Assembly: GCA_963796285.1 (NCBI GenBank)
Contig: CAWCKW010000012.1
Span: 128,001-192,000, forward strand
Length of the DNA stretch: 64,000 nt
Source: Nitrospirota bacterium
Lineage (GTDB): Bacteria > Nitrospirota > UBA9217
Reading direction: 5' to 3'
The stretch's first letter is position 1. Each line of letters begins with the position of its first letter. A model generated the notes under the pieces. The model was not told where the DNA came from. It did no database searches and was given only the letters and a program-made list of their open reading frames with translations. The position numbers and the translations under genes were made by a program. Positions 9,146 to 19,092 of this stretch are shown here, piece after piece.

Positions 9146-10384
9146 TTAACGTTCACTTCCCTGTACGGCGATGTTCCTGCGCTTCATTATCACGATCAGA
9201 AAAACAGCCCCGCATATCAATCCTCCCATGGCAAAGGTGAGAGGCGCTTTGATCCAGTGGGCGACAGAGCCGGCAAACAAGCTCCCGAACGGGGTCAGTC
9301 CCCCGAACGCCAGGGTGTAGATGCTCATCACGCGACCGCGCAAGCGGTCCTCGGTGTTCAGCTGGATCGTGGTATTTGCCATGCCGAAGAAGGTCACCAT
9401 GGACCAGCCGGACAAGGCAAGCAGGAGCGCGGTAAGGCCGTATGATCTCTGTAGACCGATGAGGACGAGAACAAGCGAGAGGCACATCCCGCCTCCGAGG
9501 AGTAAGCTTGTCTTCGGTCCATAACGGCTGAGCACGGCGAGAGAGAAAGCGCCGATCAACGCGCCGGCGCCGAAGGATGACATGAGGAAGCCGAATGCCG
9601 CCGCATCGCGGTGCAGCTCCATCTTCGCGAACACCGGGACGAGCACATTGAAGTTCGTGCCGAAGACGCTGACCACGGATACCAGCAGGATCGTCATCAG
9701 GACCAGGGGTGTGGTTTTGATATACGTGATGGCTTCTCCCATGTCCTCAAGAACGTTATAGTCCGGTTTCCGCCTGTCCGTGGCGCGCTCCACCCGCATG
9801 AACAAGAGGCCTGCCAGCACCGCGAGAAAACTGACGCCATTCATAAAAAAACAAACTGCGGTTCCCATGGCCGCGATCAACATCCCGGCGAGCGCAGGAC
9901 CGATGGCGCGGGCCGCGTTGAAGATGGACGAATTAAGCGCGACCGCGTTCATGAGGTCCTCCTTGCCGACCATCTCCATGATGAATGCCTGCCGTGCAGG
10001 CATGTCGATGGTGTTGACGACGCCGAGGAGGGTGGCAAGAATGATGATGTGCCAGTATTGCACGGCCCCGGTCCAGACCAGAAGCGACAGGACGAACGCC
10101 AGGACCATGAGCGCGGCCTGGGTCCAGATGATCATCCTGCGTTTGTCGAAGTAGTCAATGAAGGGTCCGGTAAAGAGCGAGAGGAACAGCATGGGAAGGA
10201 ACTGGAGCGCTGACACGATACCGAGTTTCAGAGATGAGTGGGTCAGCTCCAGTACCAGCCACGCCTGCCCCACGTTCTGCATCCAGGTGCCGATGAGGGA
10301 CACAAGCTGTCCGGACCAGAACAAACGGAAGTTCCGGTGGCGCAGGGAGCGGAAGAGGGCTTTTGTAATAGATGTTTCTTGCAT
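9146..10384 (-). CDS. MFS transporter (MFS_3/H+ antiporter-like)
   Basis: LRHRNFRLFWSGQLVSLIGTWMQ start, about 12 TM, LRGRVMSIY. Confidence 0.9.
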   Translation of the reverse strand: MQETSITKALFRSLRHRNFRLFWSGQLVSLIGTWMQNVGQAWLVLELTHSSLKLGIVSALQFLPMLFLSLFTGPFIDYFDKRRMIIWTQAALMVLAFVLSLLVWTGAVQYWHIIILATLLGVVNTIDMPARQAFIMEMVGKEDLMNAVALNSSIFNAARAIGPALAGMLIAAMGTAVCFFMNGVSFLAVLAGLLFMRVERATDRRKPDYNVLEDMGEAITYIKTTPLVLMTILLVSVVSVFGTNFNVLVPVFAKMELHRDAAAFGFLMSSFGAGALIGAFSLAVLSRYGPKTSLLLGGGMCLSLVLVLIGLQRSYGLTALLLALSGWSMVTFFGMANTTIQLNTEDRLRGRVMSIYTLAFGGLTPFGSLFAGSVAHWIKAPLTFAMGGLICGAVFLIVIMKRRNIAVQGSER

Positions 10385-10777
10385 AGCCTTATTGCAGGTT
10401 GTTGAATATAGTATAGCATGGGGACATCTGATCGAAAACGGGGAGGATGATTAGCACTGTGGATTTTATCCGGAGCATCGACTTCACCGGCAACGCTATT
10501 GTTCTGACGAACAGGAACATTAAATGCTTATCCATGGCAGGTCGGATGTCCGATGCTGCCTTGTTAGTCGTGACATCTCATGAAATTATTACATCGTTTA
10601 CGTCGACTGCCTTCCGGCCGGTTTGGCATTTGACGCAGTATGCTTCTGATGATTGGCTTGTTCAAAATACGTCGGATCCAGAGAGTGAAAGCGGGCAGGA
10701 CGGCAAGTACGCAACGATTCAAGCTCTTTGTTTGGCACGACAATGGAAGGCGCACACTCGCCTGGCAACCGTGGCGA

Positions 10778-11647
10778 TTAGGAGGTGGTTGTTGACAAAC
10801 CCAAGATCTTAGATTTCACCGCATTTTTGTCGGCTTCTCCGGCAGCATTCATAAGTTCTTCGGCCTTTGCGATCAATTCATCTATTGTGTATGTCGCGCG
10901 TTCGCAGGTAACGACACCTGTCCGGAACGTTACCGGCCAGCCCTTTTTTTTCACCACACCCATAAGACGTTCCTGGACTTTATGAATAATAACCTTGGCG
11001 TTCTCATTTGTTGTTTCCGGCATAAGAACATCGAATTTGGCACCTCCAAGCCTTGATATAATATCTGTTGACCGCAATGTCGACCTCATGATCTGTGCAA
11101 CTTCATGAAGAAGGTAATCGCCGGCAATATGGCCGAGAGTGTCATTGACGTATCTTAAATTAACTATATCGACATACGCGAGAGTGAGCGGTAGTTTATG
11201 TTTAACAGCTCTGCTGATCTCAATACGTGCCTGCTCATAAAAGAATTTGATGCTGGCTACGCCCGTCAAATTGTCAGTGTCGGCATGCTCATGTTCCTTT
11301 AGAAATAATTTCTTTACAGCTGAAATGGAATATGCGACGAATAAAAACATACCTAGAATCATGACGGTGTTCCAAATGCGAACAGAGATATGGGAATAAA
11401 TATGCCCGGACACCAGGTCAGACGTGGCCCAGGTGATAGCACTGAAAATTGCTATCAGGGTGGCAGGAAGTCCTCCCTCGTACCAGGCGATCAGTGCGAT
11501 GGGAAGAAGATAGAGAACTGTAACGGAAACATCATAACTCGTAATGGTATCAAGACCGCCGATCGCCAATATGATGAGTAATCCGAACAGCGTAAGGATG
11601 GGTTTTGGGAGTTTTTCAGGAAATTCACTGATCGTCTTTATGCGCAT
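10778..11647 (-). CDS. Membrane-bound GGDEF-domain protein, degenerate active site
   Basis: 4 TM then DNLTG, VNDTLGHIAGD, RLGGAKF in place of RLGGDEF. Confidence 0.82.
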   Translation of the reverse strand: MRIKTISEFPEKLPKPILTLFGLLIILAIGGLDTITSYDVSVTVLYLLPIALIAWYEGGLPATLIAIFSAITWATSDLVSGHIYSHISVRIWNTVMILGMFLFVAYSISAVKKLFLKEHEHADTDNLTGVASIKFFYEQARIEISRAVKHKLPLTLAYVDIVNLRYVNDTLGHIAGDYLLHEVAQIMRSTLRSTDIISRLGGAKFDVLMPETTNENAKVIIHKVQERLMGVVKKKGWPVTFRTGVVTCERATYTIDELIAKAEELMNAAGEADKNAVKSKILGLSTTTS

Positions 11648-11860
11648 AACCGCGATGCTTACAGTGGCAGATGCAATTAAAGATCTTCTTTGCCCGCCCT
11701 GTAAGTTTAACCTCCGGTAATGGTATGAGCCTATCCTGTAACATAACGCCAATCGTTCGTGCCATCATCCATTGCAGATACTATCTTATGGCCGCAGAAA
11801 ATACCAGCAGAAATATGAACATGCAGAGCTTGTTTAAATGGTACTGGTTGCAGGAAGGAG

Positions 11861-12178
11861 TTACTGCCTACTGACGCTTTTGCCACGCCCGGCCAGGTCC
11901 AATACGAGACAGGAACTTACCTGGGATCCGGGTCTGTTCTTGCGCAGGAGATGGAGTTTGCCGCCCATCCATTGGCCTCCGAAAAATGCGCCGATCAGAA
12001 TGGGGAAGGTTATGAGCTGCCAGCCCAGGCCGGAGAGCAGGCGGAGAGCTATCACAAAGGGGACCGGCGCGTGGATCGAAAGGAACCAGCGGGTCGAAAG
12101 CTTCCGCTCGTTCGCCCTCCAGTACCCGAAGGGAAGATTAAGAATAAAAACAAGTATTGCCACGGTAACAATATTCAT
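11861..12178 (-). CDS. Small conserved-looking membrane protein
   Basis: NLPFGYWRA..WFLSIHAPVPFV, 3 hydrophobic segments. Confidence 0.65.
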   Translation of the reverse strand: MNIVTVAILVFILNLPFGYWRANERKLSTRWFLSIHAPVPFVIALRLLSGLGWQLITFPILIGAFFGGQWMGGKLHLLRKNRPGSQVSSCLVLDLAGRGKSVSRQ

Positions 12179-12601
12179 TGGCGTCTCCCGATATACAGTA
12201 TGCAATATAGTACGACGGAATTGTAAACATTGCAAGAGAAGAGATAAAGGACAATATCTTTAAAATCTTATGGGTTTGCAGAACATCAAGGCATTGATAG
12301 CTCTTTCTGTAATAGGGACGAGTCGACCGGCCGGCAAAGGGATATCTTACGGGAAGGTATCTTCACGACCATAAACGGTCACAATAAATTATCTGCTTTT
12401 TCTGCGGTCCCTGCCGGACCTTCTGTCCTCTTTACTTCCTTTACATCTCCGTTCAGGACCCTTGAAGTCTGGATCATTGCTTTTTCTTCGATCTTGAATT
12501 GATCTTCGATCCATGTAAGACCTCACAAGAATTTGCTGCTTTCAGGATGAAAGCGGTTTATTTTCGAAATCGCCCATTAATTACAAATTACGGGAAGAAA
12601 C

Positions 12602-12790
12602 CTAACCTGGACAAACCGGAACCGAAAGATCAAAACAGAAAAGCGTCTCTCGCAAAGACGCAAAGGTCGCCAAGAAAATCTTTAAGTCTTGGTTTTAAAC
12701 AACAAATAATTTAGCCTTTCTTTGCGAACTTTGCGTCTTTGCGAGAAATATTCTTGCCGTTTTAAGTAGAAATTGATTCCTTAGTTACTA
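12602..12790 (-). repeat. About 190-bp interspersed element, family A, copy 1
   Basis: Reverse complement aligns with 40467..40656 and 36321..36531. Confidence 0.85.
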
Positions 12791-12797
12791 AACGTCT

Positions 12798-14699
12798 TTA
12801 CCCCCTCAACACCCGTTTGTCCCCGACCCGTTGTGTCAACTTCTGCGAGTCGAAGTATTCCATGAGCGGCACGGCGAACTTGCGGGAGGTCCTGGCGAGG
12901 TCCCGGAACTCGGCCATGGTGATCTCTTTCTTTTCCTCAAGATTCTTTCTGAGATCGACCCTGATCGTTTCAACTACATTCTTATCCAGATGAAGTGAGT
13001 CAGTGATCCTGACGGTCCGGCCTTCGTCAGCGAGCAGCTTCAGCAGGTCCTTCGCGTCCTTGTCCGATATGTTGAAGAGGGCGGGGAGCTCTTCCCGGAC
13101 CGGGGGCTGGGTGCCGCCTTTCTTGATCGCCTCCACGATCCTGTTCTTGACCTCGTCATTGATCTTGCCGCCTGCTGCCTTGAAACCCGGGACCTTGAGC
13201 TTGGAGCCATCGGTCTCCAGCTGCTTCTTCTTCACGAGACCGTCAATGGCCACGTTCAGGACCTTCGGGTTTATCCTCATGCGCAGCATGCCCTTGAGCT
13301 CTTCCTTGTCCAGGCCGGCCTTGAGCGGATTGTCTTTGTGGAACTGTTTGATGAGGTCAAGCGTCTTTTTTTCGAGTGCCGCAAGATGGGCAGTATGTAC
13401 ATAGAGATTGTCTACCCGCAGCACCGTTTTCTTCTGCGCAAGGGCAGCGAGCGCCGAGGTGATCTCCTGTTTGTCAGCCGCGATTACGCCGATGGCCGCG
13501 GTCTCTTCCATGCCGGTAAGGCCTCTACCGGAGACCAGGAGCGCAAGCCGGTCCTCCGTGTTGCCCGTTTCAAGAATGCTGAGGTTCTCGAGTGACCCCT
13601 TCATCGTCGCGGTCTTGTGCCGCCGCGTATGAGGATTCAGCACCATGCCGCCGCCGAGGGTTTCCATGGGAGAGTAGAAACGAAGAATAAACCGGTCGCC
13701 GTGCTGGATGATCATTGGTTGTTCCATCCGGAGCTGGACAAAGGCCTCTTCGCCCGGCGCGAGCTGGTTCGTCCCGAGGATCGTGATCCTGCCGATGGCC
13801 TCCTGCGTGGTGTTGTAGAACCGGATGCGCGAACCGGTCTTGAGCCCGCGGGGCGCCTGTTTGAGAAGGGTGAGCTTTGCATCGAGTGTTTTAGTCGGCG
13901 TAAAGAACCCGGCGCTCACGATGGTGTCGCCGCGCGCGAGCTGGTTTTTCTCGATTCCCTGGAGGTTCACGGCGGTGCGTTGGCCCGCCACTGCGCGCTG
14001 GGCCGCCTGGTTGTGGGACTGGATGCCGCGTACTTTTGTTTTGATCCCCTTCGGCAGGATCTCGACTTCCTGTTCCGTGCTGATCGTGCCGGCAAGCAAG
14101 GTGCCGGTAATGACCGTGCCGAAGCCTTTCATAGTGAAGACCCTGTCGATCGGGAGACGCAGAATGCCGTTCGATGATTTGGGCGTCACCTCGGCCGCGA
14201 GCCTGCCAAGCTCCTGGATAAGGAGCGGAAGGTTCTCGCCGGTCTTGGATGAGACCGGTACAAGAGGGGCCTTTTCGAGGAACGTGCCTTTGACGACCTC
14301 GCGGACCTCGTCCTGCACGAGCGGGAGCCAGTCCTTGTCCACCAGATCCATCTTCGTCAGCACGATGAGCCCCTTTTTCACGTGCAACAGGTCGCAGATG
14401 GCAAGGTGTTCGCGGGTCTGCGGCATGACGCCTTCGTCAGCGGCGATCACGAGCATCACCATGTCCATGCCGCCGACGCCGGCGAGCATGTTCTTGATAA
14501 GCCCTTCATGGCCGGGCACGTCCACGATACCGAGGCGGTTGCCGCCCGGAAGGTCCAGTGACGCGAACCCGAGGTCAAGGGTGATGCCGCGCTCCTTCTC
14601 TTCCTTGAGGCGGTCCGGGTCCGTACCGGTGAGGGCCTTGACAAGGCTCGATTTACCGTGGTCGATATGTCCTGCTGTGCCGAGGATGATGTATTTCAT
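12798..14699 (-). CDS. selB: Selenocysteine-specific elongation factor
   Basis: GTAGHIDHGKS, RGITLDLGF, DVPGHE; C-terminal winged helix SRKFAVPLMEYFD..RVGDKR. Confidence 0.97.
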   Translation of the reverse strand: MKYIILGTAGHIDHGKSSLVKALTGTDPDRLKEEKERGITLDLGFASLDLPGGNRLGIVDVPGHEGLIKNMLAGVGGMDMVMLVIAADEGVMPQTREHLAICDLLHVKKGLIVLTKMDLVDKDWLPLVQDEVREVVKGTFLEKAPLVPVSSKTGENLPLLIQELGRLAAEVTPKSSNGILRLPIDRVFTMKGFGTVITGTLLAGTISTEQEVEILPKGIKTKVRGIQSHNQAAQRAVAGQRTAVNLQGIEKNQLARGDTIVSAGFFTPTKTLDAKLTLLKQAPRGLKTGSRIRFYNTTQEAIGRITILGTNQLAPGEEAFVQLRMEQPMIIQHGDRFILRFYSPMETLGGGMVLNPHTRRHKTATMKGSLENLSILETGNTEDRLALLVSGRGLTGMEETAAIGVIAADKQEITSALAALAQKKTVLRVDNLYVHTAHLAALEKKTLDLIKQFHKDNPLKAGLDKEELKGMLRMRINPKVLNVAIDGLVKKKQLETDGSKLKVPGFKAAGGKINDEVKNRIVEAIKKGGTQPPVREELPALFNISDKDAKDLLKLLADEGRTVRITDSLHLDKNVVETIRVDLRKNLEEKKEITMAEFRDLARTSRKFAVPLMEYFDSQKLTQRVGDKRVLRG

Positions 14700-14737
14700 G
14701 AATTCAGAATACAGACGTCAGAGGACAGATGACAGCG

Positions 14738-15091
14738 CTACAGGGATTTTGAAAAACCAACAATCATGGCAGCGATTTCGTCCGCCTCGGCCGTCAGATG
14801 GGTAAAGGCTTCTTGATTGCAAAATTTCATTCGTAATGCGATCTCAAGACAAGCCATTACCTCGTAGTCAGACCGCAAAGCAATTTCTAAAAATCGTTTA
14901 AACTCTTTTTCAGAGGAATTACCGCTTCCTTCTGCGATATTAAGGGCAATGGATATAGCCGCCCTTCTGATTTGACTTGTCAGGCCGTACAGCTCTTCTT
15001 TTGGAAAATTTCCAGTTATTCTGTAAATCTCAACAGCATATGCAATCGATCGTTGATAGATTTTGAGGTTTCTGAAATTGTGTTTCTTCAT
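14738..15091 (-). CDS. Four-helix-bundle protein (23S rRNA IVS protein family)
   Basis: FRNLKIYQ, FPKEELYGLTSQIRRAAISIALNIAEG; lower GC; flanked by inverted heptamer arrays. Confidence 0.92.
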   Translation of the reverse strand: MKKHNFRNLKIYQRSIAYAVEIYRITGNFPKEELYGLTSQIRRAAISIALNIAEGSGNSSEKEFKRFLEIALRSDYEVMACLEIALRMKFCNQEAFTHLTAEADEIAAMIVGFSKSL

Positions 15092-15120
15092 GATTTGTCA
15101 GTCTTCTGCATTCTGAACTA

Positions 15121-16626
15121 TCACGGTTTGTCTGTCGTCTGTGCTCTGTCTTCTGTCGTCTGAACTATTTTCCCCACCGCTTCCACGATCTTCCCGATCT
15201 CACCGTCATTCAGCGTCCGCGGGTCGAAGATGACCATGTCTTCCTTGATGCGCGAGATGATGTGCGGTGTGCCGGTGCGAAGGCGGAATTCGATGTCGTT
15301 CGCGCTCAACTTATCGTGCCGGATGCAGACGGTCCTGGTGGGGAAGTTGCCCATGGGCAGTGCGCCGCCGCCGCTCTGGGAGGTGTCGTCCTGGATGGTT
15401 ATCGACAATTCCTTGTTGCCGATGCCGTGAAGACCGTCAGCCATGAGCGCGGCCTTGCGCTCGATCTCGCTCAGCGGCTGGGTCAGCATCCAGAGCGTGG
15501 GGACCTCTCGGACGGCCTTCCCCATGTCAAGGTACTGTCCGAGCGTGGCATCGAGCGCGGCAAGCGTCATTTTATCGAGGCGGAGGGCACGGGCAAGGGG
15601 ATTGGACCTTATCGCCTCAAGGTGTGTTTTTTTGCCGAGGATCAGACCCGCTTGCGGCCCGCCCAATAGTTTATCGCCGCTGAAGGTGAGCACGTCCACG
15701 CCGGAATTCACGGCGTGCTGCACCGTGGGCTCGTCGCCCGCGCCGAAGGCCGCGAGGTCCACGAAGCTGCCGCTTCCCAGGTCCCACATCACGGGAAGGC
15801 CGTGCTTCCTGCCGAGTTTTGCCAGCTCCTCAGGCGAGACCTCCTTGGTGAACCCGACGATCTTGTAGTTGCTCGCGTGGACCTTGAGCAGCAGGCCCGT
15901 TTTCTCGTTGATCGCCTTTTCGTAATCCTTGAGATGGGTCTTGTTCGTGGTGCCCACTTCCCGAAGGATGGCGCCGCTCCGTTCCATCACGTCCGGCACG
16001 CGGAAGGACCCGCCGATCTCGACGAGTTCGCCGCGCGAGACGATGACCTCCTTGCCGCGGGCAAGGGTGTTCAGGCAGAGGAGCACGGCTGCCGCGTTGT
16101 TGTTCACGGCTGTGGCGGCCTCTACGCCGGTGAGACGGGTAAGGATGCCTTCGATGTGGACATGGCGTTTGCCGCGCTCGCCTGCCAAGAGGTCGTACTC
16201 AAGGTTCGAATAGCTCCTGCTGACCTCGATGACGCGCTGGATGGCCTTGTCCGACAGAATGGAGCGGCCAAGGTTGGTATGGACGATCACGCCGGTGGCG
16301 TTTATGACCGGCTTGAGGCTCGGCTCGGACAGCTCCTTGAGGATGATCTCCGCGTGATTCAGGACGCCTTCGATGGAAAACAGCGCATCATCGATAGTTC
16401 GGCCCGTTTTGGCGTCCGCGGTCTGGAGGACGGCCTTCCTCCGGGCGTCGATCGCGGTCCTGATAGCCTCGAGCACCAGTACGCGGGGGGTCGATACAAG
16501 CCATTGTTTGGTCCTGCTTTCCTTCAGCACTTCATCAACCGATGGAAGTTGTTTGAGCAGCTCCTTCATGAGCAGTACCATAACATAGCCTTTGATGAAT
16601 TTCAACAGGACATTTCCCTTTCGCAC
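15121..16626 (-). CDS. selA: L-seryl-tRNA(Sec) selenium transferase (start probably MKELLK near 16569)
   Basis: INATGVIVHTNLGRS, SRGELVEIGGSFR, FSGDKLLGGPQAG with PLP lysine. Confidence 0.97.
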   Translation of the reverse strand: MRKGNVLLKFIKGYVMVLLMKELLKQLPSVDEVLKESRTKQWLVSTPRVLVLEAIRTAIDARRKAVLQTADAKTGRTIDDALFSIEGVLNHAEIILKELSEPSLKPVINATGVIVHTNLGRSILSDKAIQRVIEVSRSYSNLEYDLLAGERGKRHVHIEGILTRLTGVEAATAVNNNAAAVLLCLNTLARGKEVIVSRGELVEIGGSFRVPDVMERSGAILREVGTTNKTHLKDYEKAINEKTGLLLKVHASNYKIVGFTKEVSPEELAKLGRKHGLPVMWDLGSGSFVDLAAFGAGDEPTVQHAVNSGVDVLTFSGDKLLGGPQAGLILGKKTHLEAIRSNPLARALRLDKMTLAALDATLGQYLDMGKAVREVPTLWMLTQPLSEIERKAALMADGLHGIGNKELSITIQDDTSQSGGGALPMGNFPTRTVCIRHDKLSANDIEFRLRTGTPHIISRIKEDMVIFDPRTLNDGEIGKIVEAVGKIVQTTEDRAQTTDKP

Positions 16627-16734
16627 AGGCTTCCGTCCTTGATTGAGCTTGACTTATAAGGGCGAATATGTCAATTTTATATGCATCCATGCGGTCGTAC
16701 GGCAAGGATGATGATCCCGAAAAAATCGGATTTA

Positions 16735-16909
16735 ACCGCAGAGTCGCAGAGGAAACCAATTAATTCTTAAGATTTATTTCTCCGCGTCTCAGCCTGTGCC
16801 CAGCGTTAACGAGTGCTCGGCGTAGCCTGCTCTTGCCTGTGGCCGCGATATGGCAACAGCAGGCTACGAAAACGCGGCCATAAACGAGTGCAGGGTACGT
16901 CTCCGCAAT
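16735..16909. repeat. Nested palindromic mini-elements
   Basis: Parts recur inverted at 37243..37286, 35249..35314 and 49050..49084. Confidence 0.75.
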
Positions 16910-16982
16910 GGATGTTGATTTCTTATGAATGCATCAAGGCAGTTGTCCGGTCCGCGATCAACACACTACGAGCGAGGTGCTT

Positions 16983-17990
16983 ATGAACAGACGGAAATTC
17001 ATCACCGGCGTTGCAGCATCAGGAGTTGCTCTTGCTGCGGGAGAGTTGTTCGTTCCCTTTGCCGAAGCGGCCGATATTCCCAAGTTCAATTTCGCACACC
17101 TCACCGATCTGCACCTCGATGTGAAGGGTGAGAGCAACTGGCAGCACCGGGAGAAGAGCGTACCCCTGTTCATCGAGGCGCTGCGTCAGCTGCAGCGGCT
17201 GCCGAAGCTGAACTTTGTCGTTTTCGGCGGCGACCAGATCCACTATGGCCCGAACGATAAAGCGTCCCTCGGCGTATTCCAGAAGTGGACCGAGCACCTC
17301 AACATGCCGTACTACATTCTGCTCGGCAATACCGAGGTTTCGCCGGTCAGCGGCATGTCGAAGCTGTCGAAAGAGGACTACCTCAAGGCGTGGAGCGGGC
17401 ATGGTTTGAAGCCGGGCCATTCGTCATGGGCCTTCGATCCCGTGCGCGGGGTGCGGGTGATCGGGTTCGATGTCACCGTGGACGGCAAACCGTACGGAGA
17501 TGCGAACGCCAAGGGTCTTGAGTGGCTTGAGGGCGAGCTGAATGAGTACAGGAGCAAGAAGCTCATTATCGTTTTCACGCACCAGCTGGTGATGCCGACA
17601 ACGCCCAGGGACACCAGCCTCATATGGTCATTCTGGATGGTGAGGAACCACGAGAAACTGCGCAGCATACTTGAACAATATCCGAACGTCCGGCTCGTCG
17701 TCTCCGGCCACCATCACGCCTCCCGGGTGACAACCTCCGGCAGGGTCACCTATGTGGCCGACCCCGCGATCGTTACCTACCCCTGCGCGTTCAGGTTCTT
17801 TTCCGTGAGCAAGGAAGGGATCCACTTGAAGAACATCGGCCTGGAGGACAAGGCGACCGTTGACCGTGCCAGGGAACTCCTGGTATCGGACCCTTACGCC
17901 AGGATGTACGATCCCGCGGCACCGCAGACCGTGGCTGATTACAGCATAGGGTTGACCGAGAAGGACCGCGAGACAACGATAAAGCTGTAA
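16983..17990 (+). CDS. Tat-exported calcineurin-like metallophosphoesterase
   Basis: MNRRKFI signal; DLH, GGDQ, GNTE, FTH, SGHHH motifs (GNH appears as GNT). Confidence 0.88.
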   Translation: MNRRKFITGVAASGVALAAGELFVPFAEAADIPKFNFAHLTDLHLDVKGESNWQHREKSVPLFIEALRQLQRLPKLNFVVFGGDQIHYGPNDKASLGVFQKWTEHLNMPYYILLGNTEVSPVSGMSKLSKEDYLKAWSGHGLKPGHSSWAFDPVRGVRVIGFDVTVDGKPYGDANAKGLEWLEGELNEYRSKKLIIVFTHQLVMPTTPRDTSLIWSFWMVRNHEKLRSILEQYPNVRLVVSGHHHASRVTTSGRVTYVADPAIVTYPCAFRFFSVSKEGIHLKNIGLEDKATVDRARELLVSDPYARMYDPAAPQTVADYSIGLTEKDRETTIKL

Positions 17991-18031
17991 AGAAAATAGA
18001 TCATAACACTCACATCCGGAGGATCGAACAC

Positions 18032-18298
18032 ATGCGTACGATCTTATTTCTCATTTCCGGCCTTCTCCTTATGGCTTCGCTTCTCATTGTGGCAAAGCTG
18101 TTCTCCGAGCATTTCCCCTCGGCGCCAAATTGGGCAGTCGCTCTTGGACTGAGTTTCTGGTTAGCGGTCACCGGCACCAACATGTGGATAGGCGTTTCCA
18201 AGGCAGGCTACTCGGTCGCCGAGGAAATGCCCATACTACTTCTACTGTTCGTTGTACCGGCAGCGGCAGCTATCTTGCTGCGCTGGCGGTTCTTATAA
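18032..18298 (+). CDS. Small membrane protein, cassette-like
   Basis: RBS GGAGG; 3 TM helices. Confidence 0.7.
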   Translation: MRTILFLISGLLLMASLLIVAKLFSEHFPSAPNWAVALGLSFWLAVTGTNMWIGVSKAGYSVAEEMPILLLLFVVPAAAAILLRWRFL

Positions 18299-18364
18299 GT
18301 TGTCCGATTCATCGCCGGCCGAACGGCGGGTGCGTACGGCGAAACCCTGAATCTGAGAGGCACA

Positions 18365-18946
18365 ATGGGTAAGAACAGACTCGAGGCTTTCAGCGATGGC
18401 GTCATTGCGATCATCATTACGATCATGGTGCTCGAGATGAAGATCCCGCATGGTGACAACCTCGGAACGCTGGCGCCGCTTGTTCCGGTATTCATGAGCT
18501 ACGTTCTGAGCTTCGTTTACGTTGGCATTTACTGGAACAATCATCACCACATGCTCCACACCTGCACACGGGTGACCGGGAGTATTCTGTGGGCGAATCT
18601 GCATCTCCTTTTCTGGCTGTCGCTCTTTCCGTTCGTTACGGGCTGGATGGGTGAGAACCATTTCGCCGCCGTGCCTACCGCACTCTACGGCGGAGTGCTC
18701 CTTGCAGCAGCCATCGCTTATTTTATCCTTCAGCAAACAATCATTGCGTCGCAGGGCCCGGGGTCACCGCTGAAGGCCGCAATCGGCCATGACTGGAAGG
18801 GCAAGCTGTCGCCTGTCCTGTATATGTGCGGAATCGTTTCTACGCTCCTTGGGTCGTGGGTCGCGCAAGTTCTGTACGTGGCGGTAGCGCTGATGTGGTT
18901 GGTGCCTGATCGGCGAATTGAAAAGTCATTTCACGATCAGGCCTGA
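18365..18946 (+). CDS. TMEM175-family potassium channel (DUF1211)
   Basis: RLEAFSDGVIAIIITIMVLE signature, YWNNHH. Confidence 0.92.
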   Translation: MGKNRLEAFSDGVIAIIITIMVLEMKIPHGDNLGTLAPLVPVFMSYVLSFVYVGIYWNNHHHMLHTCTRVTGSILWANLHLLFWLSLFPFVTGWMGENHFAAVPTALYGGVLLAAAIAYFILQQTIIASQGPGSPLKAAIGHDWKGKLSPVLYMCGIVSTLLGSWVAQVLYVAVALMWLVPDRRIEKSFHDQA

Positions 18947-19006
18947 CCAATCATTCAAGCGAACGCGTGCCCTGCGGGCCTGCGCCGCTTAATTCTGTCA
19001 TTATGA
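18941..19006 (+). other. Degenerate integron attC-like site
   Basis: GCCTGAC-N5-ATTCAAGC...GCTTAAT-N6-ATTATGA overlapping the stop codon. Confidence 0.5.
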
Positions 19007-19092
19007 TTCTATGCAAGATGTTGGGCAGAATGGCGCTGACCGACCTACCAAGCCGCAAATCGGGTTTCTCTTATCGAGGAGTGAATGACAGG

